Below are positions 20,756-27,673 of a stretch of DNA of 64,000 nucleotides, piece after piece (within the stretch, counting starts at the first letter, position 1; each line of letters begins with the position of its first letter). The stretch is from contig PBRP01000034.1 of NCBI GenBank assembly GCA_002726655.1, positions 19,087-83,086 on the forward strand, written 5' to 3'. This stretch comes from Gammaproteobacteria bacterium. GTDB taxonomy: Bacteria > Pseudomonadota > Gammaproteobacteria > Pseudomonadales > Azotimanducaceae. The notes under the pieces are model-generated. The model saw only the letters and a program-made list of their open reading frames with translations, was not told where the DNA came from and did not search any database. The translations under genes were made by a program, and so were the position numbers.

Positions 20756-22270
20756 ATGGCCAGAAGAAGTCATCGTAAGAAACGCGATGCTAATGCTATC
20801 CGGCAGCTTCCATTCAACAACGTCACAAATCCATACCCACCAATGGAAGTGCTTAATGATAGTCAGGTTCAGAAGATAGTCACCACTGCTCTGACAGTGC
20901 TGGAGTCTCACGGCATGCGCTTCATGCATGATGAAAGTCGACGCCTGCTGAGACAGGCTGGAGCCAACGTGGATGACTCGCAACAGATGGTGCGAATTGA
21001 TCGTGATCTTGTCTTGGAGAAAATTGCACAGGCCCCATCAGAATTCACACTAAGCGCCCGAAACCCCGATCATGATCTGAAGATCGGCGCGAACAACATC
21101 GTCTTTACATCTGTTGGCGGGCCAGCATTTTGCACCGACCTCGACCAGGGTCGGCGTCCGGGTACCTATGAAAACATGTGCGACTATCTGAAGCTGGTCC
21201 AGAGTTTGAATATCGTTCACCAGGAAGGGGGCGGTGCCTTTGAAGCAATGGACCTGCCACCGGAATCACGACACCTTGACCTCTACCTCGCTCAATCGAC
21301 TCTGCTCGACAAGAATGCGCAAGCCTACGCCCTGGGCCGAACGCGTACCATTGACTGCATCGAGATGACCTGTATTGCCCATGGAATTGATCGGACCGAG
21401 CTAGAAAAAAGGCCATACATACTTGCGATAATCAACACCAACTCCCCGCGACAGCTAGACGTTCCAATGTCAGAGGCTGTTATCGAACTGGCTTTAGCTG
21501 GGCAGGTTAGTTGTATTACACCCTTTACTATGGCCGGGTTTATGAGTCCAGTCACCCTTGCCGGTACCCTGGTACAGCAAACTGCCGAAATTCTGGCTGT
21601 GGCAACCCTCGCACAGGCAGTTAGGCCAGGCGCCCCAGTGATATATGGATCCTTTGCCTCAAATATCGACATGCAAACCGGAGCGCCTGCACTCGGAACG
21701 CCTGAATACACAAAAATGTCTTTCGCAAGCTGCCAGATAGCCCGCTGTCTGGGACTGCCCAGCAGATCCAGCAATACAACGACGTCAAACTGTGCTGATG
21801 CACAATCTGCATATGAAAGTGAGATGTCACTATGGGGATCTGTAATGGGTCACGCAAACCTTGTCAATCATGCGGCCGGCTGGCTGGAGAGCGGCTTAAC
21901 AGCATCGTTTGAAAAATTGATGCTTGATGCTGAGATGCTGCAAATGATGGCAGAGACACTGAAGGCTATAGAAGTCAGCGATGAGGAGTTGGCACTAGAC
22001 GCAATCTCGAACGTTGAGCCCGGAGGTCATCACTTCATGACTGAACACACCCTCGCGCGTTACGAAACTGCCTTTTATCCGAGTATGCTCTCAACCCGTC
22101 AGAATTTTGAAACCTGGAGTGAGCAAGGCCAACAGGATGCAACCATGAGAGCCAACACCATGTGGAAACAACTACTAAATGAATATGAGCGCCCTGCCAT
22201 TGAGCCCGATAAGGAGGAAGCCCTTAAGGACTATGTTGCGAGACGCAAGCGAGAAATTGCAACGCCTTGA
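20756..22270 (+). CDS. MttB-superfamily (non-pyrrolysine) methyltransferase, paralogue 3
   Basis: 504 aa with no in-frame stop. More diverged, but keeps family architecture (..INTNSPRQLD.., ITPFTMAGFMSPVTLAGTLVQQTAE.., GAPALGTPE..). Basic N-terminus MARRSHRKKRD. Confidence 0.78.
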   Translation: MARRSHRKKRDANAIRQLPFNNVTNPYPPMEVLNDSQVQKIVTTALTVLESHGMRFMHDESRRLLRQAGANVDDSQQMVRIDRDLVLEKIAQAPSEFTLSARNPDHDLKIGANNIVFTSVGGPAFCTDLDQGRRPGTYENMCDYLKLVQSLNIVHQEGGGAFEAMDLPPESRHLDLYLAQSTLLDKNAQAYALGRTRTIDCIEMTCIAHGIDRTELEKRPYILAIINTNSPRQLDVPMSEAVIELALAGQVSCITPFTMAGFMSPVTLAGTLVQQTAEILAVATLAQAVRPGAPVIYGSFASNIDMQTGAPALGTPEYTKMSFASCQIARCLGLPSRSSNTTTSNCADAQSAYESEMSLWGSVMGHANLVNHAAGWLESGLTASFEKLMLDAEMLQMMAETLKAIEVSDEELALDAISNVEPGGHHFMTEHTLARYETAFYPSMLSTRQNFETWSEQGQQDATMRANTMWKQLLNEYERPAIEPDKEEALKDYVARRKREIATP

Positions 22271-22291
22271 GAAAGGAGCCGGACTGAACAC

Positions 22292-23818
22292 ATGCGACCA
22301 ACATTAACCACGCTTGACGACCAACTCAAGGACCGGATTCTGACTGAAGCAAAGCGCCTGATGGCCGAAGTGGGAATGGAAATTCGCGGTGAGCCCCTGA
22401 AGCAGAGACTGCTGGATCATGGACTGAAATCAGACGCCGCTGGTACTCGCATTTTCTTCCCACAGGATGTGGTTGAAAAAGCCATTGCTGACGCACCGGG
22501 TTCATTTTCTCTTTTTGATCGGGACGGTGAATTTCACACTGAAATTGGTGGTAACAATGTACACTTCGTTCCCGGCTCGAGTGGGCTCAAGATCCTCGAT
22601 CACAGGAGCGGACAATGCCGCCTGGCCAATTCACATGATTATGTCGAGTATGTACGCCTGTGCGACGGGCTTGAACACATTGCCTACCTGGCAACCGCGT
22701 TTTCTACTAACCAGGACATAGAGTCGCAGGTATCCGATGCCTGGCGCCTCTATATGACACTGACTAACTCGAAGAAACCCATAGTATCGGGTGCTTTCAG
22801 TGAAAATGGTGTGCCTCGGATGGTAGAGATGATGCAGATGTTCCGCCAGAGCCGCGCAGATCTCATCGCTAAACCCATGTCAATTTTCACCATTACCGCG
22901 ACTGGGAACTTCCGTTACGGCGAAGATTCATGCCAGAACCTGCTTGATTGCGTCGAAGCCGGAATCCCTGTGGAAATTGTACCGGTAACCTTGATGGGGC
23001 TTATTGCACCAGTAACCCTGGTGGGAGCCCTGGTGTTTCATTGTGTTGACGTTCTCACCGGCATAACAATGGCGCAAATTGTCAGACCCGGCGCAGCGGT
23101 GCTTTTTGGTGGTGCACCGGCAACCTTTCATATGAAGGCGGCAAGTTCACCCATGGCCGCCATTGAGGCACAACATCTCAATGTGGCTTACGTGGAAATC
23201 GCCAAGTCTCTCAGTTTACCTACCCAGGCCTACATGGCGTTAAGTGATGCTAAGTCTCTTGATGCCCAGGCTGGTGCCGAGACTTTCAGCAGTGCTCTGG
23301 TGGCGGCAATAGCCGGTGTCAATTCGATCTCCGGTCCGGGCATGCTGGATTTTGTCCTGACGTTCAGCCTGCCCAAGCTCATCTTTGACAATGACCTCTG
23401 TGGTCAGGCTTTGCATTTTGTACGTGAAATCAAGGTGCTTGAAGACCTGCCCTCAGATGACCTGGTCAAAGAACTCCTGCAGGAAGATCACCTGCTCACT
23501 TCGCCACATACCTTGAAAAACTGGCCCCAGGAGCTTTATCTTACTGACTCCGTTATCGACCGCTTCAGCCGCGAAAAATGGCTGGAAGAAGGCGCTAGAG
23601 AACTCCATGAACGCGCCGGTGAGGAAGTAGACCGCAGGCTAAGCGCCTATACCCCGATTGCTACCGATGCCCAGATTGATCAAGCCATGAAAGACCTTGT
23701 TACCTCAGGATTCAAGACCCAGACAGACCTGCCTGAACTGCCTCCATTGCCCGCGTCGCCAGGGACAGCGCCAGCGTCAGGTCGTCGAGGTCGAGCCCGA
23801 CGTCGCCGCAAGCGCTAA
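22292..23818 (+). CDS. MttB-superfamily (non-pyrrolysine) methyltransferase, paralogue 4
   Basis: 508 aa. AAGGAG Shine-Dalgarno upstream. Family blocks present ([27 protein letters not shown]). Has a proline-rich linker and then an Arg-rich C-terminal tail. Confidence 0.75.
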   Translation: MRPTLTTLDDQLKDRILTEAKRLMAEVGMEIRGEPLKQRLLDHGLKSDAAGTRIFFPQDVVEKAIADAPGSFSLFDRDGEFHTEIGGNNVHFVPGSSGLKILDHRSGQCRLANSHDYVEYVRLCDGLEHIAYLATAFSTNQDIESQVSDAWRLYMTLTNSKKPIVSGAFSENGVPRMVEMMQMFRQSRADLIAKPMSIFTITATGNFRYGEDSCQNLLDCVEAGIPVEIVPVTLMGLIAPVTLVGALVFHCVDVLTGITMAQIVRPGAAVLFGGAPATFHMKAASSPMAAIEAQHLNVAYVEIAKSLSLPTQAYMALSDAKSLDAQAGAETFSSALVAAIAGVNSISGPGMLDFVLTFSLPKLIFDNDLCGQALHFVREIKVLEDLPSDDLVKELLQEDHLLTSPHTLKNWPQELYLTDSVIDRFSREKWLEEGARELHERAGEEVDRRLSAYTPIATDAQIDQAMKDLVTSGFKTQTDLPELPPLPASPGTAPASGRRGRARRRRKR

Positions 23819-23965
23819 TACCGCTACAGTTTAGATGGATATTCCAGACTAACCAGGATATCCGAAAGTACTGTAGAATTTACCTGGATACTCAGAACCG
23901 CACTTTCATTAATCAATCCATTCGGGATCCGTTCAGTTTCAATATCAGAAGGGAGAAATTGACTT

Positions 23966-24697
23966 ATGGAATTTACAATTTCTGCGCGCAGTAAACCTGC
24001 AGCACAACCAATACAGCAATTGATCAAGAAAAATTTCAGCCAGATCCCGATTGATCAGATTGAAAGTTTCTTTGGTTTCACCGAACCATGTACTCTCTAC
24101 GGGGGCAGGGTCTTTGGCCAGACCGAACTCAGTCGGTATGACCTGCGCTCAATGTACAAGATGAATATCAACTACAGGATACCCCTGACGAATCATTATG
24201 CGACGGAAGACGAATACAAGGCTTGTCTGCCATTCCTGGAAAAACACTATCGACCCGGCAACTCGGTGATTATCACCAACGACGACCTGGCGACCTGGAT
24301 CAGAGCAGATTTTCCAGACTATCGGGTCGAGGCAAGTGTGATTAAGAACATCAACACCCTGCCCAAGGTTATGCAGGCCTATGAACTTTACGATACGGTC
24401 ATTCTGCCAATGGATGCCAATGAGGATGAGGAGTTTCTTCTGTCCATTCCAGAAAAGGAACGTATCATGCTATTTGCAAACGCGGGATGTGCAATGACCT
24501 GCCCGGCAAAGATCTGCTATACGAGTGTCTCAAAGGCCAATAAGGAAGGTGACAAGAGTTTGTGGCAATGTTCTCAATCCATCAAACCCAGAGATATTCT
24601 GGGTATGATGGATTTTGATCTTGATCATCTCCAAGACCTGGGTTTTCACCGTTTCAAACTCTTGCGATCAAGACCAGGCCAGCTGACTGGCTTCTAA
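23966..24697 (+). CDS. Uncharacterised protein, possible short divergent U32-like (TrhP/UbiV-type) Fe-S protein
   Basis: 243 aa, AGGGAG upstream. By-eye alignment of residues around 105-190 to the TrhP core encoded next door (see findings). Cys pattern C-x3-C-x4-C plus distal Cys residues. Confidence 0.55.
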   Translation: MEFTISARSKPAAQPIQQLIKKNFSQIPIDQIESFFGFTEPCTLYGGRVFGQTELSRYDLRSMYKMNINYRIPLTNHYATEDEYKACLPFLEKHYRPGNSVIITNDDLATWIRADFPDYRVEASVIKNINTLPKVMQAYELYDTVILPMDANEDEEFLLSIPEKERIMLFANAGCAMTCPAKICYTSVSKANKEGDKSLWQCSQSIKPRDILGMMDFDLDHLQDLGFHRFKLLRSRPGQLTGF

Positions 24698-25001
24698 CCA
24701 CCGGCGGAACTAGCCCCTTATCTGACAATAAGATTCCCTCAATGCCCCCGATGATGCTGGAAGTTGTAGTGAATTAACGAATTTGAACCAGTCAATAAAA
24801 CCATTCGTGATGTTTATAGTAGTCCTTAGTTGTTCGCCGGATTGAATAGTTTGGTATCTAATCTTCTGTGGCAACGGCCATCCATGGCCTGGTCCCGCGT
24901 CTAGGCGACCCCATCCGTCCATGGCGCTAGCAACGTCAGGCCAGATTCCAAACTACCCAATCCTAACAATCGAAATTTGTCGAACTAATGTCGGATCAAG
25001 G

Positions 25002-26306
25002 CTAATTCTCATCTCGCACCAGCAAGCCATATTCCAGTTGCTCCACTGACAGTTTCACTGGTTTTCTTATCTGAACCAGATGCCCTGAACCGGGTGCTAC
25101 GTCTATTGCATGACCGTCCTTATTTTCCAGGGTTGTAAGCTCAAAATTGAGATTCCCGGATGGTGTCATCAGTTGCAGGGTCTCATCTTTTTCAAATCGA
25201 TTCTTTACATCGATGGTCAGCCAATCTTCGTTCGCATCAATCACCTCGCCCACAAATCGCTGCGGCCCCGTGGGCTGCTTCTGGTTATCGTATCCTTGAT
25301 ACTCGGCCGGTGGGTGGCGGCGATAAAAGCCTTCTGTGTAGCCCCTGTTCGCCAGAGTCTGCAGGTCGTCCATCATCTGCATATCGAAGTCTTTCCCCTG
25401 CACGGCCTCCTCTATGGCTCGACGGTACACCTGTGCGGTTCGCGCTACATAGTAGTGTGATTTGGTTCGGCCCTCGATTTTCAGTGTACGAATACCCATT
25501 TCACAGAACCGTGCAACATGCTGAACCGCGCGTAGATCCTTTGAATTCATAATGTAGGTACCAAATTCATCTTCATAGGCAGGCATGTACTCTCCAGGCC
25601 TTCCCTCTTCCTGAAGCAAGAATGCCGGTTCTTTTTCCCTTTCGACGGCCTTCAGTGGCAGAAGCTCACCCGTTTCGTTTTCAGTTGCCTCGTGAGCCTG
25701 GTACTTCCACCGGCACGAATTCGTGCAGGCTCCCTGGTTTGAATCCCTGTGAGTCATATAGCCCGAAAGCAAACACCGGCCAGAGTATGCAATGCATAGT
25801 GCGCCGTGAACAAACACCTCAAGTTCCATGTCCGGCACTTTCTGACGAATATCCTCAATTTCTTCGAGGGACAGCTCCCGTGACAATATCACCCGGGTTA
25901 GCCCCTGTTGCTGCCAGAACCTCACCGTCGCCCAGTTTACGGCGTTGGACTGGACTGATAGATGAATAGCCATATCAGGAAACTTCTCTCGAACCAGCAT
26001 AATCAGACCGGGATCAGACATGATTAGGGCATCCGGCTGCATCTCAATGACCGGCTCCAGGTCCTTCAGGTAACTCTTAACCTTGTCATTGTGAGGAGAA
26101 ATATTGGAAGCGACATAAAACTGTTTCGCTGCTCGATGGGCTTCATCGATTGCCCCTGCAAGTATTTCAGTTTCCTTGAACTGATTATTTCGCACACGAA
26201 GGCTGTAACGAGGCTGACCAGCGTAAACGGCATCCGAACCATAGGCAAAAGCATAGCGCATATGCTTGACGGTTCCGGCCGGGGACAGCAACTCAGGTTT
26301 TTGCAT
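25002..26306 (-). CDS. trhP: U32-family tRNA uridine(34) hydroxylase (prephenate-dependent), YegQ/TrhP type
   Basis: 434 aa. Near-collinear with E. coli YegQ as I recall it: KPELLSPAGT.K.MRYAFAYG.DAVYAGQPRYSLRVRNN, FVHGALC.AYSGRCLLSGY, YIMNSKDLRA, LKIEGRTKS.YY.ARTAQVYR.AI. Confidence 0.85.
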   Translation of the reverse strand: MQKPELLSPAGTVKHMRYAFAYGSDAVYAGQPRYSLRVRNNQFKETEILAGAIDEAHRAAKQFYVASNISPHNDKVKSYLKDLEPVIEMQPDALIMSDPGLIMLVREKFPDMAIHLSVQSNAVNWATVRFWQQQGLTRVILSRELSLEEIEDIRQKVPDMELEVFVHGALCIAYSGRCLLSGYMTHRDSNQGACTNSCRWKYQAHEATENETGELLPLKAVEREKEPAFLLQEEGRPGEYMPAYEDEFGTYIMNSKDLRAVQHVARFCEMGIRTLKIEGRTKSHYYVARTAQVYRRAIEEAVQGKDFDMQMMDDLQTLANRGYTEGFYRRHPPAEYQGYDNQKQPTGPQRFVGEVIDANEDWLTIDVKNRFEKDETLQLMTPSGNLNFELTTLENKDGHAIDVAPGSGHLVQIRKPVKLSVEQLEYGLLVRDEN

Positions 26307-26495
26307 TTATGGCTCCAGTTGTCCTGGTATGGATCGTGATCCCAAGTGTATCCTTGAATTGTTATCTCTACCAAGAATAAGGAGAATGCTCATGCCAATG
26401 GTCAGCAGAAGTCTTACAGGATACACTCTGCTGCTGGCGATTTTGTCACAACTCGATCTAACCGGCTCTGTCTTACTCGTTGTTGTCCGGTTTTA

Positions 26496-26562
26496 GATAT
26501 CGAGCAGGTTATCCTGGGCGGACCCGTTCTCCATCAGTGATTGTTTTTAAAGGCTAACGGTT
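26496..26562. repeat. Conserved intergenic element, copy A (trhP/selD divergent spacer)
   Basis: gatatcGAGCaGGtTATCCTGGGCGGaCCCgTtCTcCATcAGTGATTg...CTAACGgTT. The core matches copy B at about 34 of 42 positions in my hand alignment. Confidence 0.6.
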
Positions 26563-26618
26563 TACGTGTTTGGCAAATCTGGTTCAGAATATGCAATTTT
26601 CGGACAGAAACTAACTAG

Positions 26619-27668
26619 ATGTCATTATTCAAGAAACATACGCTTACAAGCCTCTCTAAAACCTGCGGCTGAGCGTCGAAAATCAGTTCGGTCGAACTGT
26701 CCAGGTTACTCAAGACTCTGCCAGCCACGGAGGATGCCAACCTGCTCGTGGGATTTGAAAATTCTGACGACGCGGGAGTTTACAGGATCAGTGATGAGCA
26801 GGCACTGGTCACCACAGCAGATTTCATTACACCACCGGTCGATGATCCCTATATTTACGGCCAGATTGCCGCCGCCAACTCATTAAGTGATATATACGCC
26901 ATGGGCGGAAGGCCTGTTACCTGCCTGAATCTTGTGTGCTTCCCAACTGGCAAGCTCGATGAGTCTATTCTTCATAGAGTTATCCAGGGAGCAATTTCCA
27001 AGATAACGGAGGCCGGTGCCGTACTTGCCGGAGGACACAGCACTGAGGATTCAGAGCCAAAATTCGGGCTCTCGGTCACAGGCCTGGTTCACCCAGAAAA
27101 ATACTGGGCTAATAAGGGTGCCCGACCGGGGGATCTACTGCTCCTAACTAAACCGATAGGCAGCGGACTGTTGTTTAACGCCAACCTCAAGGGTGCCGTG
27201 TCGGCAACCGCCATGGAAGCCTGTATCAATCATCTGGTTCAACTTAACAAGACCGCAGCCGAGATTTTCTCCCAATACGAGATAAGTGCTGCAACGGACA
27301 TTACGGGTTTTGGCCTGGCAGGTCACAGCTACGAAATGGCCCGCGCATCCAAAGTGACAATCAACATCGATCACACAAAGGTCCCTGTTTTCGATGAAGC
27401 CGAGGCCATGTTTCGGCGCGGGTTCACGACCGGGAGCAGTGCCAGCAATTTGGACATGATCAAGGAAACCTGCGACCTCAGCAAACTGGAAGCAAGCAGG
27501 CGTGAGCTTATGGTTGATCCTCAAACCAGTGGTGGTCTGTTGGTCTCGGTGCCAGAAGATGAGGCAAATAACATCATCCAGAAACTCCTTGATGCCGGTC
27601 TTGAAGAGGCTGCTATTATTGGTGAGGTGTTGGCTCATGATGGCCAGTACTTCCTCAACTTTCCCTGA
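26619..27668 (+). CDS. selD: Selenide, water dikinase (selenophosphate synthetase), selenocysteine-containing (TGA at 26670-26672 read as Sec)
   Basis: The ORF track only shows 26748..27668. Extending the same frame upstream gives MSLFKKHTLTSLSKTCG-TGA-ASKISSVELSRLLKTLPATEDANLLVGFENSDDAGVY. This aligns with the SelD N-terminal glycine-rich loop (E. coli ...GAGCGCKI...), with TGA at the Cys17 position. Downstream are the AIR-synthase-like motifs (TTADFITPPVDDPY, DIYAMGG, LAGGHS, TDITGFGL). Confidence 0.85.
26670..26699 (+). promoter_or_regulatory. Candidate bacterial SECIS element (UGA plus hairpin)
   Basis: UGA is followed after 11 nt by a perfect 6-bp stem CAGUUC/GAACUG (26684-26689 pairs with 26694-26699). 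The apical loop is GGUC (26690-26693), the same loop sequence I recall for the E. coli fdhF SECIS, at a similar distance from the UGA. Confidence 0.7.
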
Positions 27669-27673
27669 TCCTT

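Noticed and set aside
12868-23818. Possibility that the MttB genes encode pyrrolysine (in-frame TAG), as in methanogen MttB
   Set aside because: All four reading frames are continuous, at about 500-530 codons, without an internal TAG. No pylTSBCD-like genes are in the window. They are non-Pyl members of the superfamily.
24710-24922. 70-aa minus-strand ORF in the gap between the U32-like orphan and trhP
   Set aside because: It has no Shine-Dalgarno sequence, a Gly/Trp/Pro-rich improbable composition and no homology that I recognise. The region is treated as non-coding and noted separately as an unexplained structured gap.
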